Below, one piece after another: positions 18,596 to 29,917 of a stretch of DNA of 64,000 nucleotides (positions are counted from its first letter, which is position 1; each line of letters starts with the position of its first letter). A program made the position numbers and the translations under genes. The stretch is from Desulfomonilia bacterium (GTDB lineage: Bacteria > Desulfobacterota > Desulfomonilia > UBA1062). Location: the NCBI GenBank assembly GCA_050014195.1, contig JBEKDT010000012.1, positions 1 through 64,000 of the forward strand, given 5' to 3'. Below the pieces are notes generated by a model that searched no databases, was not told the origin of the DNA, and saw only the letters and a program-made list of their open reading frames with translations.

Positions 18596-21500
18596 TCATC
18601 CATCGAGCACGGATCGCACCTTTCCCGTCAGCTCCTTTACCGTAAAGGGTTTGGAAATCAAATTCATGCCGTGTATGAGGTCTCCGTGCTTTGCGATAAC
18701 GTCTTGGGTGTAACCCGATATAAATATGACCTTAAGACCCGGAAGTATGGGAGCCAGATTCTCGTAGAGTTGTTTTCCGTTCATCCCCGGCATAATGACA
18801 TCGGTGAGCAGAAGGTGAATCCGCCCTTTGTATTGTTCGACGGCATGGGAGCATTCCTGGGCGCTGCCGGCGCTGATGACCGTGTACCCATGTTTTTCCA
18901 GAATCCGACACATGAGTTCACGGACCGCTTCCTCATCCTCGACCACGAGGACCGTTTCTGTGCCGTGCTTGGTTTCAACTTCTTGGGCCTCCTCGGCCGA
19001 GTCTTGAACCGTGACTTCCTCGCCGGGCAGATACATCTTGAAGGTTGTACCCATACCCGGCTCGCTGTATGCCATGATATAACCGCCATGCTGCTTAACA
19101 ATGCCGTACACGGTTGCCAGGCCGAGGCCGGTACCTTTGCCCACCTCTTTGGTTGTGAAGAACGGCTCAAAGATATGATCCAAAGTCCGGTGGTCTATCC
19201 CGCTTCCTGTATCACTGAAGGCAATCATTATATATTTGCCGGGTGAGGCGCCCGGATGAATCTCAGTATAGGCCTCATCCAGGACTGCATCCGTGATTTC
19301 TATGGTGATGGTTCCGCCATGCGGCATGGCGTCCTGGGCATTGATGCCCAGGTTCATGAGGATCTGGTCTATCTTGCTTGCATCAACACGAATGAATTTC
19401 GGTGTTTCAGCCGGGACAACCTTTATCATGATATCTTCGCGTATCGTTCGTCTCAGGATCTTCTGGAAGTCTGAGATTACCTGCCTGAGGTCGACCGTTT
19501 TCATTTCAAGGACCTGCTTGCGGCTGAATGCAAGCAGTTGCCAGGTCAAGTCCTTTGCACGCTCTGCGGAGCGCTTTATCTGGAGAATTTCCTGATAATA
19601 CTTGTTTCCCGACTTTATCTCGCTGAGAAGCAGGTCCGCGTACCCGAGAATAGGAGAAAGCATGTTATTGAAATCATGGGCTATTCCTCCTGCCAGTTGG
19701 CCGACAGCCTCCATCTTCTGCGCCTGACGCAGCAGGCTCTCAAGCCGTAACTCCTCGGTAATATCCCGGGAGAAAACCACCTGACCGATGGGGTTTCCTT
19801 GGGTATCTTTCAAGCCGACACAGGACATACGGGTAGGAAAGATTGTCCCGTCCTTTTTTCTGTGTCCTATTTCCGCCCTATAACTCCCTTTCTCTCTTGC
19901 TGCTTTAAGGCACGGCAGCACCTCATTCTCCATCTGTTCCGGAGTGTGGAATATGCTTAAGTTCACGCCCTTGAGTTCATCGGGGGTATAAGCGTGCATG
20001 GCTGCCCAGGCGGGATTGACATAGAGAATGTCGTTATCGAGGCCGATCATGGCGATGCCGTCGATTGATTGCTCCAGGGCTTCATTTTGCCGGAGGAGAA
20101 TTCTTTCCACCCGTTTTCGTTCGGTAATGTCCAGGATGACACCTACCAGGCCGGCTATATTGCCGTCGCTTCCTACATATGTGGCCTTATTGAAAATGAC
20201 ATCATGCCTGCTGCCGTCGGCATGGGAGACTGATGTCTCATAAACCTGTACTCCGGGGTTATTGAACAGTTCGGTGTCTGCTTTAAGGTACAGCTCAGCC
20301 AGATCTTTGGGGGCCAGGTCAAAAACGGTCTTTTCTACGATCTGATCTTTTGCCAGACCCATAAATTCCAGATAAGCCTTGTTACAACCGAGGTAAACGC
20401 CCTGGATGTCCTTGTAAAAAACAGGGGGCGGTATGGAATCAAGAAGTTGTTGTAAAAAGAACACCTGGGAGCGTTGGGCCTCCTCTGCCTGTTTGCGGCC
20501 TTGTTCCTCTTTTTCCCTTTGCAGCCGGGCATGAAGGATCGGGGCCACCTGCTCGGCAATGCCCTCCATCAGACGTTGTTCATGGTCACCATATCCTGAA
20601 GCCTTGTTGGCTACGACAAAGACACCGATGGTCATTTTTTGAAAGACTATAGGGACAACCAGGACGCAGTCTATGAGGATGTGTCCTTCAGGTACCGCAC
20701 CCGGCATGTTGGAAAATATACTCTTTTTTTCTGCTATAGCCTGTCCGATGATTTCTCCGGAAAGGGCGGCCCAGGGAATGCGAAGGATCTTTTCGGAGAT
20801 GCGGGTGTTTTCAATATTCCCGATAAAGGAAGGAACCACGAGGGTCATCTCCTCATCCATGAATCCGAACAACCCGTGTTTGCTTCGGGTAATATCGAGG
20901 AGAACCTTCAGAACCTCTCCATACATCTCCTCGACAGGGCATGCAAGAAAGATCTCAGCGATCGTGTTCCGAATGGACAGGTTTCGTTCCGATTCCTTCA
21001 GCACCTGCTCGACCTGTTTACGCTCGCTTATGTCCAGCATTATCCCGACCATGCCGGAAACATGACCCTGTGAATCCGTATAGGTCGCCTTGCTGAAGAC
21101 ATAATTGCGCACGGTGCCTTCCGGGCATAATATGGCTTCATCATAAACCCTGAACCCCGGCATATGGATGAGCTCCATGTCCTGTGCGTGGCACCTTTGG
21201 GCAAGATCATGCGGGATGGTCCCGATCAGGTCGAGGATGGTCCGGCCGATGATCCGTTCCTTCGGCAGACCGATGATCATGGAGGCATATTGTATGTTGC
21301 AGCCCAGGTAAACGCCCTCAGCGTCTTTATAGTAGATCGGCGTCGGGATTGTATTGATCATGGTCTCCAGAAATTCCATTTGGTTATGGAGGGCCATTTC
21401 CGAATGTTTTCGCTCGGTGATGTCCATGTGTTGTATCACTGCATTGGATATTCTTTCCCTTGCGTCCCTTATAGGGAACACCGTGACATCAAGAATCACG

Positions 21501-23044
21501 GATGTGAAATGTTTCAATTGAAGGTTTTTGAGCTGTGAACTGTCATACGTGATTTCGAACCTCACCGTCTCACCTTTTTCAAACACACGTCTTACCAAAG
21601 GCAAAAACCCTTGTTCTTCAACAATGGAATCATTAAAGATGTTGTACTTGCCGACGACCTCTACATCCGAGATGTGCAGCAAGTCCCTGCAAGCCTGGTT
21701 GAGTCTTATGAGTGTACCTTTGTCATCGGAGATCCACATGGGGTGAGGACTCTGATCAATGACACTATTGAGAAAGGACTCCGATGTCCTGAGCATCTCC
21801 TCTGCATGCTTGCGCTCGGTTATGTCCCGAACGATGGCCCACATGCCCGAGGGATTGCCGGCATCGTCCTTCAGGAGGAAGGTCCGAAGCTCCACCGGGA
21901 AGACGGTGCCGTCCTTTTTACAATACTCCTTCTCATAGATTTCAGAATACCCCAATGGGAGTATCTGTTTATCTACGATATCTGCCTCAAATGCATGCCA
22001 CTTCTCAGGTGTCAGGTCCTTGTAGATCATGGCACGTAATTCCTCAGAGCCGTAACCGACCATGTCCTGATATGCCATGTTGGATTCGAGGATTCTTCCC
22101 TCCATGTCGGTCAAGACAAAGGCGTCCATCATGCTGTCGTGGAGCCGGTGATATTTGGCCTCGGAGACCCGTAGCGCCATCTCTGCTTGTTTGTGTTCAG
22201 TGATATCCCGGGAGAGCATCAATCCGGTGATTCTTCCGTTGCCGTCCGTATATACCGTCCCTGTCGTCTCAAGCCAGATATAGCCCTTCTCGGGGTGAGA
22301 GTACCGGTATTCGGCCCGCTCTTCGGACCCGGACTCCAGGCCTCTTGCGAAAGTCTTCAGTTCCTTTTCCAGGTCGTCGGGGTGAACCAATTCAAGCCAG
22401 CTGCGACCTAACAGCTCGTCTCCCCGGCCAAGGATTCTCCGGCAAGACGGTGAGATATAGGTGAAGGTTCCCTTTTCATCGGTCTCCATAACCACTTCAC
22501 TGATGTTCCGCGCCATGAGGCGGTATCTCTCCTCGCTTTCCCGCAGGCTCTTAGTCGCCTTTTCCAAGTCCAGCATCTTGTCTTCCAGTTTGCGGATAAG
22601 GGCCTCGTTATACATACGGTAGTAGACCGTTTCCTCCTCAATGCCATGCCTGGGGACGGCTGACCTGCCTGCCTTGTGCTCTTCAATGACCTGTTCCACC
22701 AGGGAGAGAAAGGCCTCGGGCTCAATGGGTTTGACGATGAAGCATGCAGCCCCCAGGCTCAGGCCCAGTTCCTCGTCCTTTGGGTCGGTGTAGGTGGCGG
22801 TGTAAAAAACAAAGGGGATGTCTTTCAGCCGGTCGTCCTTCTTCCATGCACGGCACAGGGCAAAGCCATCCATCACGGGCATGAGGATGTCCGATATGAT
22901 AATGTCCGGCGGGTTGCTTACGGCCAGTTCCAGGGCCTCTGCACCGTTTGCCGCCCGGATTATGTCATACTGGCGGGTCTCAAGGATTGTCTGCAGGAGA
23001 TAGAGATTCTCCGCATGGTCATCAACGATCAGCACCGTGCTCAT
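18596..23044 (-). CDS. Hybrid histidine kinase REC-PAS(4)-GAF-PAS(2)-HK-REC
   Basis: Terminal RECs, AHDFNNML H-box, PAS and GAF motifs. Confidence 0.92.
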   Translation of the reverse strand: MSTVLIVDDHAENLYLLQTILETRQYDIIRAANGAEALELAVSNPPDIIISDILMPVMDGFALCRAWKKDDRLKDIPFVFYTATYTDPKDEELGLSLGAACFIVKPIEPEAFLSLVEQVIEEHKAGRSAVPRHGIEEETVYYRMYNEALIRKLEDKMLDLEKATKSLRESEERYRLMARNISEVVMETDEKGTFTYISPSCRRILGRGDELLGRSWLELVHPDDLEKELKTFARGLESGSEERAEYRYSHPEKGYIWLETTGTVYTDGNGRITGLMLSRDITEHKQAEMALRVSEAKYHRLHDSMMDAFVLTDMEGRILESNMAYQDMVGYGSEELRAMIYKDLTPEKWHAFEADIVDKQILPLGYSEIYEKEYCKKDGTVFPVELRTFLLKDDAGNPSGMWAIVRDITERKHAEEMLRTSESFLNSVIDQSPHPMWISDDKGTLIRLNQACRDLLHISDVEVVGKYNIFNDSIVEEQGFLPLVRRVFEKGETVRFEITYDSSQLKNLQLKHFTSVILDVTVFPIRDARERISNAVIQHMDITERKHSEMALHNQMEFLETMINTIPTPIYYKDAEGVYLGCNIQYASMIIGLPKERIIGRTILDLIGTIPHDLAQRCHAQDMELIHMPGFRVYDEAILCPEGTVRNYVFSKATYTDSQGHVSGMVGIMLDISERKQVEQVLKESERNLSIRNTIAEIFLACPVEEMYGEVLKVLLDITRSKHGLFGFMDEEMTLVVPSFIGNIENTRISEKILRIPWAALSGEIIGQAIAEKKSIFSNMPGAVPEGHILIDCVLVVPIVFQKMTIGVFVVANKASGYGDHEQRLMEGIAEQVAPILHARLQREKEEQGRKQAEEAQRSQVFFLQQLLDSIPPPVFYKDIQGVYLGCNKAYLEFMGLAKDQIVEKTVFDLAPKDLAELYLKADTELFNNPGVQVYETSVSHADGSRHDVIFNKATYVGSDGNIAGLVGVILDITERKRVERILLRQNEALEQSIDGIAMIGLDNDILYVNPAWAAMHAYTPDELKGVNLSIFHTPEQMENEVLPCLKAAREKGSYRAEIGHRKKDGTIFPTRMSCVGLKDTQGNPIGQVVFSRDITEELRLESLLRQAQKMEAVGQLAGGIAHDFNNMLSPILGYADLLLSEIKSGNKYYQEILQIKRSAERAKDLTWQLLAFSRKQVLEMKTVDLRQVISDFQKILRRTIREDIMIKVVPAETPKFIRVDASKIDQILMNLGINAQDAMPHGGTITIEITDAVLDEAYTEIHPGASPGKYIMIAFSDTGSGIDHRTLDHIFEPFFTTKEVGKGTGLGLATVYGIVKQHGGYIMAYSEPGMGTTFKMYLPGEEVTVQDSAEEAQEVETKHGTETVLVVEDEEAVRELMCRILEKHGYTVISAGSAQECSHAVEQYKGRIHLLLTDVIMPGMNGKQLYENLAPILPGLKVIFISGYTQDVIAKHGDLIHGMNLISKPFTVKELTGKVRSVLDG

Positions 23045-23060
23045 AACGTATCCTCTTCTT

Positions 23061-23438
23061 TCACATGGATCCTGCTTTCAGGAAGGTCTTCACTTCCGCC
23101 ATGAATGTCTCGGGGTTGATGGGCTTCTCGATATAGCCGGTGCAACCCGCCGCCAGGACCCGTTCGCAGTTCCCCACCATTGCATAGGAGGTCACAGCCA
23201 CGATGGGCGTATCTTCAAGGTCCGGATTCTGCCTCAGGTTGCGGGCGACGGCGTAACCGTCCATTGCAGGCAACTGGATATCCAGGATGATCAAGTCCGG
23301 TTTGAGCAAGACTGCCATATCAATGCCCGGTTTACCATCCGACGCAGCAAAGACTTCATAGTTGTTCTGCTCTAGGATGAACCTGAAAAGATAAAGATTC
23401 TGCTCATTATCTTCTATGACAAGGATTTTCCCTTTCAT
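23061..23438 (-). CDS. Single-domain response regulator (DivK-like)
   Basis: IEDN, LDIQLP, GYIEKP. Confidence 0.9.
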   Translation of the reverse strand: MKGKILVIEDNEQNLYLFRFILEQNNYEVFAASDGKPGIDMAVLLKPDLIILDIQLPAMDGYAVARNLRQNPDLEDTPIVAVTSYAMVGNCERVLAAGCTGYIEKPINPETFMAEVKTFLKAGSM

Positions 23439-25426
23439 ACATCTTTTCTCTTTTTAGGTAGCGTGATACTGAAGGTGCTTCCTGAACTCCATATGCTTGT
23501 TGCCCAGATTTTACCCCCCATTATCTCTACAAGTCTTTTACATATGGAAAGCCCCAAGCCCGTGCCTTCATATTTCCGGGTAAGTCCCGAATCGATCTGC
23601 CTGAAGGATTGAAAAATTGTTTCCATATCTTCATTCTTGATGCCGATGCCGGTATCGATAACCCTTATAGTTACGTTGTCCCCTTCCGGTTCGCATTCAA
23701 TTTTTACCCAACCCTTTTCTGTAAACTTTATGGCATTGCTGATCAAATTCAGAAGAATCTGTTCCAATCGCCTGCGGTCGCCTGTTATGGTTTCAATCTC
23801 GGGAGAGATTGAAAGGGTAAGATCAAGCCCCTTTTTCCCTGCAAGTGGACTTACACTCTCCAAAGCCTTTCCTATTGTTTGACGCAGGTTGATATTTTCA
23901 TATGCTACCTGCAGCTGTCCTGCTTCGATCCTGGATATATCAAGGACATCATTGATCAGCGAAAGTAGATGCTGTGCACTGCTGTGCACCATATTCAGTT
24001 GTTTTTTCTGTTCATCATTCAAGGGTCCGACCATTCCCTGGAGAATAATACCGGTGAAACCTATGATTGAGTTAAGAGGGGTCCGCAGTTCGTGCGACAT
24101 GGTGGCCAGGAACGCGGATTTCAATCTGTCAGACTCCTCTGCGTGTTCTTTTGCGACTGCAAGTTCGTTCAGTGTCTGAATACGCTCGTTAATCTCCGCT
24201 GAGAGCTTCTCGTTCGCCTCTTCTAGCCATGACGTGCGCTCTTTGACCTGTGTCTCAAGATGATCCCTGTGTTCTATGAGATCGGCCTGTGTGTCCTTCA
24301 ATGATTTGTAAGTGAGCCTGAGGGTATTCATCATCTGGTTATAAGAATTTGCCAATAATCCGATTTCATCCTGAGAGGTAATATCTATAAAGCGCTCAAG
24401 ATTCGATGTTTGAGCAATGTAATCTGTTTCATCAATGAGCTTCTTCAAAGGTCTCACAACATAGATATTAAGTCCGATCAAGGTAAGGATACTCAATAAT
24501 ATCAGAGCGATCGCCATCCCTGAAATTGTCAATACGATTTGGTTAATGAGCTGCTTTTCGATATTTTCAGAAGGGATAAGAACGGCTATCCTCCAGTCTT
24601 GTTCAGTGGAACGTAGCGTAAAAACATAATTTTTCTTATCCTGGATAGTAACCGAGACAAACCCTTGTTTGGGTTGTTCAAGTATTTTGAGAAGGTCAGC
24701 CGAATAGTTGTTCACATTTTTAAAAAGCATATCTTTGCTTAAGCCGGCCAAGACCACCCCATTCCTGTCTGTAATAATTATCTTTCCACGAGGATTGGTC
24801 TTAAAATTATAAATATAGTTTGTTAAGTTCACCAATGTTACATCAGCGCCCACTACTCCATAAAACACGCCGTTTTCATCCACAAGGGCCCTGACGATGC
24901 TGATGTTGATATCGGAGGTTGTGAGCGAAGGGTACGCGTCGGTTTTCATAACTTTTCCGGGATTATTTTTCGCTAATATATACCAGGGGCGTTCTCTGGG
25001 GTCATAACGGGTGGGCCGTGCACGTTTGTGCGATCGCACAAAGCTGCCGTTTTCCCTTCCCATGTAAACCGAATTCACATAATCGTGCGTAACTCGATAA
25101 TTATTGAAGATATCGATTATTTTCTGTTCAAGATCCTGGATATGGTATGTAAAGATTACTTCGTCGGCATGAACAAAGTTGGTAAAATTGTTCTCATCCC
25201 TTGACCGGACTGTTTCGTCTGCCACAAACGTATTGATGTCATTTTCCACATTGGTAAAAAAGGCATTCAAAGCAAAGTCAACATGATGAAGCTGGTTTGA
25301 TATATCTTCTTGGATCGAGCTTAACCTTTCTTCCCATATCCAGGAATAAAGAATACCCCCTAAGGTGAACATGATGAATATCGCGCTGAGGGTATATAGG
25401 ACCAACAATTTCGTCTGGAGTCTCAT
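23435..25426 (-). CDS. Membrane histidine kinase (Cache-HAMP-HisKA-HATPase)
   Basis: Two TMs, YDPRERPWY Cache motif, DEIG HAMP, SHELRTPL. Confidence 0.92.
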   Translation of the reverse strand: MRLQTKLLVLYTLSAIFIMFTLGGILYSWIWEERLSSIQEDISNQLHHVDFALNAFFTNVENDINTFVADETVRSRDENNFTNFVHADEVIFTYHIQDLEQKIIDIFNNYRVTHDYVNSVYMGRENGSFVRSHKRARPTRYDPRERPWYILAKNNPGKVMKTDAYPSLTTSDINISIVRALVDENGVFYGVVGADVTLVNLTNYIYNFKTNPRGKIIITDRNGVVLAGLSKDMLFKNVNNYSADLLKILEQPKQGFVSVTIQDKKNYVFTLRSTEQDWRIAVLIPSENIEKQLINQIVLTISGMAIALILLSILTLIGLNIYVVRPLKKLIDETDYIAQTSNLERFIDITSQDEIGLLANSYNQMMNTLRLTYKSLKDTQADLIEHRDHLETQVKERTSWLEEANEKLSAEINERIQTLNELAVAKEHAEESDRLKSAFLATMSHELRTPLNSIIGFTGIILQGMVGPLNDEQKKQLNMVHSSAQHLLSLINDVLDISRIEAGQLQVAYENINLRQTIGKALESVSPLAGKKGLDLTLSISPEIETITGDRRRLEQILLNLISNAIKFTEKGWVKIECEPEGDNVTIRVIDTGIGIKNEDMETIFQSFRQIDSGLTRKYEGTGLGLSICKRLVEIMGGKIWATSIWSSGSTFSITLPKKRKDV

Positions 25427-25617
25427 TTTGGACGTACCTTCGATGCTGGCTTGATGATGTATTGGATGCGACTATGCTTAATCTACGAAGTCTCTTCAAA
25501 CCCATCGGCGACTCTCATTATATTATGTGATGCACTACAGAGAGATACAATCACCTAAAAGGGTTAGATCTGCAGTTTTCGGTGAAAGATGACTGATCAT
25601 TGGACATAACCTGCCGG

Positions 25618-26274
25618 TTAGGGCTTCGCGATCCCCTCCTTGATGGCGAAACGTACCAAGTCGGTCTCTTTATGGATATTGAGCTTGGCCATGAGGTTCT
25701 TCCGATGGGACTGAACCGTGTTGACCGTGCGTCCCAGATCAGCGGCGATTTCCTTGGTCGTCAGGCCCTCTGCAATGCGCTGCAGGACGATCCGCTCCTG
25801 GGAGGTAAGGTATGCAACCCTCTTGGAGAAACCTGGTTTCCTTCTTCCACCCATGCGGAACTTATCCACGAGCACGTGGGTAATGTCAGGGCTGAAATAA
25901 AAGCCTCCCGCAAACACCTCGCATATGGCATCCACCATGATACGGCCGGCTGCCTCCTTTGTCAGGTATCCATGTGCTCCGGCCTTTATCGCCTCTTCGA
26001 TCATGGCTTGCGAGTCATGAATGCTCAGCATGATGATCCTGCAGGCAGGGTGTTTTCTGATCAGCTCTCGCGCCGTTTCCAACCCGTTCAGACAAGGCAT
26101 GGTGACATCGAGGATGAAGACATCCACAGGGTTCCCCTCTGCCACCTTCAGGGCCTCCAGGCCGTCCGATGCCTCTCCTACGACCTCGATGCCTTTGTCG
26201 CTGCGTTCAATGACGAAACGCAGCCCATCCCGCACGAGCGGGTGATCGTCGGCGATCAGGACACGAATGCTCAT
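25618..26274 (-). CDS. NarL/LuxR-family response regulator
   Basis: ADDH, LDVTMP, LuxR HTH (TVQSHRKNLMAKL). Confidence 0.93.
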   Translation of the reverse strand: MSIRVLIADDHPLVRDGLRFVIERSDKGIEVVGEASDGLEALKVAEGNPVDVFILDVTMPCLNGLETARELIRKHPACRIIMLSIHDSQAMIEEAIKAGAHGYLTKEAAGRIMVDAICEVFAGGFYFSPDITHVLVDKFRMGGRRKPGFSKRVAYLTSQERIVLQRIAEGLTTKEIAADLGRTVNTVQSHRKNLMAKLNIHKETDLVRFAIKEGIAKP

Positions 26275-28103
26275 TGCGGCTCCTTCCCCTCGGATGTTTC
26301 ACGATCAGTAGGGATCGTCACGGTGACCTTCACCCCTTTCCCGGGCGTGGATGATATATTCAGCATGCCCCCAAGTCCTGCAATCATCTCCTGCATGACC
26401 TGCAGGCCGAGGTGTGTGCCCGGCTTTAACGCCTGGTGGGCCGGATTGAATCCCTTCCCATCGTCAGTGATGAAAAGCCGCAACTGTTGCTTGGGGGAGG
26501 ATAGACGCACCCGCACATGTTGGGCCTGTGCATGCGTGATCACATTGTTCAGGCACTCCTGTACGATACGGAAAAAGACTGTCTGGATCTCAGGGGGAAT
26601 CGTGGCTCTCCGTGTGGTGTCGTTAAAATGGATCTTCAACGGTATCATGTGGGTGATCTGGTCAATGTGCAGGCGCAATGCCGTTGGCAGACCGAGGACA
26701 TCCAGGTCCGGCGGGTGGAGCTCTGTGGCCAGGGCCTTCAGTTGTTTCACCGATTTTTCGAACAGTCGGCGGCTCTCCTTCAGCAACGCCAGGGCATCCT
26801 TATACTTGCCCGCACGGAGGTCTTCCTCTGCGGCATGCAGGCGTGCCATGACGCCCACCGTGATGGAGCCCACATCGTGATGGAGCACGGCTGAAAGACG
26901 GCGCTTTTCCTCCTCTCTTACGGACAGCAGCTTGCGTGAAAATTCGTGGGTGCGCTCTTCAGCCTGCTTCCTTTCCGAAACATCATGGATCACCATGCAG
27001 GTTCGCAGTCCCTCTTCGGTCTCGAATACCGCAGAGGACACCTCTGCCGGGAAGGACGACCCATCCGCCCGGATGAAATCCATCTCACCGGTAGCGTATC
27101 CCTTCTTCTCCCTTTCCCTCAACAACTTGCCGAGACGCGGATCATTCCTTTCAACCAAGCCGATTCGCCCTATCTTCGCAATCTCTTTCTCTGTTCTCTC
27201 GAACATCCTACATGCGGCCGGGTTTGCCGCAAATATGCGGCCGTCCGGGGCCGTGAGCAGGATGCCCACAATACTATGCTCGAAGATGGCACGCAGACGT
27301 GCCTCGCTCTCGCGCAATGCCTGCTCCGCCTGTTTGCGCTCGGTAATGTCGCGGACGCTGCTCCGATACCCCAGGGGATGAGACTGCTGATCGAAGATCG
27401 GCTGCCAGGAGACCTCTCCCCAGCGCACCGTGCCGTCCTTGCAGGCTATCCGGAATTCCACTCCATCACCCCGGTTGCCATGTGCGGCATCCTGGAGCTT
27501 CTGTCTCATGAAGGCACGGTCCTCCTCGAAGATAATCGGCAACGGGTAGTCGGGCATGGCCAGACAGTCATTAAAGGAGTAGCCTGTCATCTCTTCCACG
27601 GCGGGATTCACCCAAACAAGCCTTCCATCGATTGCAATCCAACTTTCCCAATCCACCGTGTAGTCAGCAATGGCACGGAAGTTCTCCTCGTTTTTCTGCA
27701 AAGCCTCCTCAGCCAGTCTGCGCAAAGTGATGTCGTCATGGGCGATCACGACACCACGCCTTGGGTCCCTCATGTGCGATACGCGCATTACGAACCAACG
27801 CTTCTTGTCGGGTGAGTGGCAGGGGTATTCCATGCTGAAAGCAGTTCTTGTATCCTCAAGCACCTCAAGGATGCCTTGGAGCGCTGCCATTGCGGATTCA
27901 TCCCCGTCGTGCCTGATTGCAGTTTCACATACCGCCAGGTAATCACCCCCCATATATGCGTTTTCATCCGGACACCCGTTCTCCCTGGCAAACGTCTTCC
28001 ATGCGGTGTTGACTGCAATGATACGGCCGGATTCATCCAAGACCGCCAAATGCGAGGACATGGACTCCAGGATGTCCTCAAAGAACTGATTCCTTTCCTT
28101 CAT
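26271..28103 (-). CDS. PAS histidine kinase, NarX/UhpB (HisKA_3) type
   Basis: Three PAS, REEEKRRLSAVLHHD, QECLNNVITHA, DDGKGF. Confidence 0.88.
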   Translation of the reverse strand: MKERNQFFEDILESMSSHLAVLDESGRIIAVNTAWKTFARENGCPDENAYMGGDYLAVCETAIRHDGDESAMAALQGILEVLEDTRTAFSMEYPCHSPDKKRWFVMRVSHMRDPRRGVVIAHDDITLRRLAEEALQKNEENFRAIADYTVDWESWIAIDGRLVWVNPAVEEMTGYSFNDCLAMPDYPLPIIFEEDRAFMRQKLQDAAHGNRGDGVEFRIACKDGTVRWGEVSWQPIFDQQSHPLGYRSSVRDITERKQAEQALRESEARLRAIFEHSIVGILLTAPDGRIFAANPAACRMFERTEKEIAKIGRIGLVERNDPRLGKLLREREKKGYATGEMDFIRADGSSFPAEVSSAVFETEEGLRTCMVIHDVSERKQAEERTHEFSRKLLSVREEEKRRLSAVLHHDVGSITVGVMARLHAAEEDLRAGKYKDALALLKESRRLFEKSVKQLKALATELHPPDLDVLGLPTALRLHIDQITHMIPLKIHFNDTTRRATIPPEIQTVFFRIVQECLNNVITHAQAQHVRVRLSSPKQQLRLFITDDGKGFNPAHQALKPGTHLGLQVMQEMIAGLGGMLNISSTPGKGVKVTVTIPTDRETSEGKEPQ

Positions 28104-28244
28104 CGCTCGCTTTCCCAAGGGTACAATCGGTTATTTCATTCTGCAATTTGTGCATTATACATCCATAATATATCTATAAGATAATAATCAAAACTTGACG
28201 GGCAATGATGCCCTAACATATGTTTCAATAAGAACGTGTCATAG

Positions 28245-29186
28245 ATGGGAAAGACAGGAGGCTGTAGGATGATATATCGCTTGCCGGGTATGCCTTTAGA
28301 GAAAAACAGATTTAGTGCCGGTTCTCTGATACGGACAATGATATTTGCTATGGTATGGGTTTGCCTCGCAGCCTTCATACCACAACCCGACAAATCGGTA
28401 TCGGTATCTGAAGGCAGCTCTATAATCAAAATCCTCAGTGATATAGTGATTAAAAACGGCATTGAAGTAAATAAAGCGATATCCATAGGCGGAGATGTCA
28501 GAGTCTACGGGCATGTCCGGAAAGATGCGGTTTCAGTTGGTGGATCGGTTTACCTCGGACCGGACTCGGTAGTTGAGGGGAATGTCGTATCTATCGGGGG
28601 CACGGTGGAGAGAGAGCCGGGTGCGCAGGTAGGCGGTGAGGTGACCATTGTTGATGCCACGGGCCTGAAATCATACTTATTTTGGTTGCCGAAACAAGGA
28701 ATTGCCAAAGTAAATGAGTTTTGGGACAGCATCGGATGGATTCCAGCCCTGGGCTTCTTCATAATCGCACTTTTCATAGTGGCAATAATGCCTGCTGCAG
28801 TGGGGTTCATCTCTTTCCAGATTGAAAACAATACGCTGCGTACGACCCTTTGGGGTCTGTTCGGCTCAATCCTGGTCTTTCCGATTGGTTTCATGCTCAT
28901 TATATCCATAGTGGGAATTGTCATAGTACCCGTTTTGATTATTCTTTTAGGCTGCGCTTTTACCCTGGGCTATATCGCAGTTGCACAACTCATGGGAAAA
29001 CGGATTACCATCACACTGAGGAAACCGAACAGGCATATCCTTGTCGAGACGATCTTAGGGTTGGTCGTCCTCTTCACCATCAGCCGCATCCCCTTTGCCG
29101 GGTGGCTTGTGAAGTATGCTGCAGTACTTGTCGGTTTCGGAGGGGTTTTGAGTGCAATCACTGCTGGATGGAGAACACGGCAGTGA
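28245..29186 (+). CDS. Membrane protein with bactofilin-like beta-repeat N-domain (start uncertain)
   Basis: Repeated (V/I)S(I/V)GG motifs followed by about 5 TM helices. Confidence 0.7.
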   Translation: MGKTGGCRMIYRLPGMPLEKNRFSAGSLIRTMIFAMVWVCLAAFIPQPDKSVSVSEGSSIIKILSDIVIKNGIEVNKAISIGGDVRVYGHVRKDAVSVGGSVYLGPDSVVEGNVVSIGGTVEREPGAQVGGEVTIVDATGLKSYLFWLPKQGIAKVNEFWDSIGWIPALGFFIIALFIVAIMPAAVGFISFQIENNTLRTTLWGLFGSILVFPIGFMLIISIVGIVIVPVLIILLGCAFTLGYIAVAQLMGKRITITLRKPNRHILVETILGLVVLFTISRIPFAGWLVKYAAVLVGFGGVLSAITAGWRTRQ

Positions 29187-29214
29187 TTGATAACAGTGAT
29201 CTGTGATCACTTCT

Positions 29215-29601
29215 TTATTCTCCATCTCCAATCAACGGCAACACTTTATCGATCCTAAATGAGACGAGATACTTGTTCTCTTTGTAGTATTCACCATGAG
29301 GGATATAGTGTTTTTTCCTCCGCAAGGTGTCTATCAGTTCACTATCCCTTTCCTCTTTGATCTTGGTTATATAAAGCCTCTTGCCCACGTACTTCTCGCC
29401 TTCTTCCATAAATATGTATGTTGCATGGGGATTGGACTTGAGGTTGTCGTGTGAAAGCCTTTCACCCATGATGAATGCTATGGTAGCTTCGTCTATGAAA
29501 TGGGGGTGGGCATAAACAGCTGCATTTACAAATCCTGATGAATCGGAGGTTGCCAGCACACCTTTACCTCTGATATTTTCGAAGTATTCAGAAAGTTTCA
29601 T
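29215..29601 (-). CDS. Pyridoxamine 5'-phosphate oxidase-like FMN-binding protein
   Basis: GVLATSD...VNAAVYAHPH, NLKSNP, GKRLY. Confidence 0.85.
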   Translation of the reverse strand: MKLSEYFENIRGKGVLATSDSSGFVNAAVYAHPHFIDEATIAFIMGERLSHDNLKSNPHATYIFMEEGEKYVGKRLYITKIKEERDSELIDTLRRKKHYIPHGEYYKENKYLVSFRIDKVLPLIGDGE

Positions 29602-29682
29602 ACGCGCGCTCCTTTCATGACATCTTCAATATCAGATAGAGGCTTTCAAGTGAAAATCAAAGGGGTCCTTTATTAAAATAAT

Positions 29683-29725
29683 AAAAAAAATAGGATGGCG
29701 GTTAGGGCATAGGACGCGCCATCCT
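29683..29725 (-). terminator. Intrinsic terminator without an upstream minus-strand CDS
   Basis: AGGATGGCG/CGCCATCCT 9-bp stem followed by T8 on minus strand. Confidence 0.55.
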
Positions 29726-29917
29726 TAAGAGGAGGTTAAAACTTTATTGCTTAATATTTTGATGCATTCCCGAGGAAAAGGATGCATGTCAAGAAAAGAC
29801 ACTATATAATGACAATCTGTGAAATTCCTGGACTAAGAAACACTTTTGCGTATTATTCTATGAATTGAAGGAAGAAAGAAATAATCCACCCATGAAATGA
29901 ATTGTATGAGGAGTGTT

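Noticed and set aside
25600-26880. Long plus-strand ORF (426 aa) and similar antisense ORFs such as 26946-27815 and 61714-62661
   Set aside because: They are shadows of well-supported opposite-strand genes and carry no motifs.
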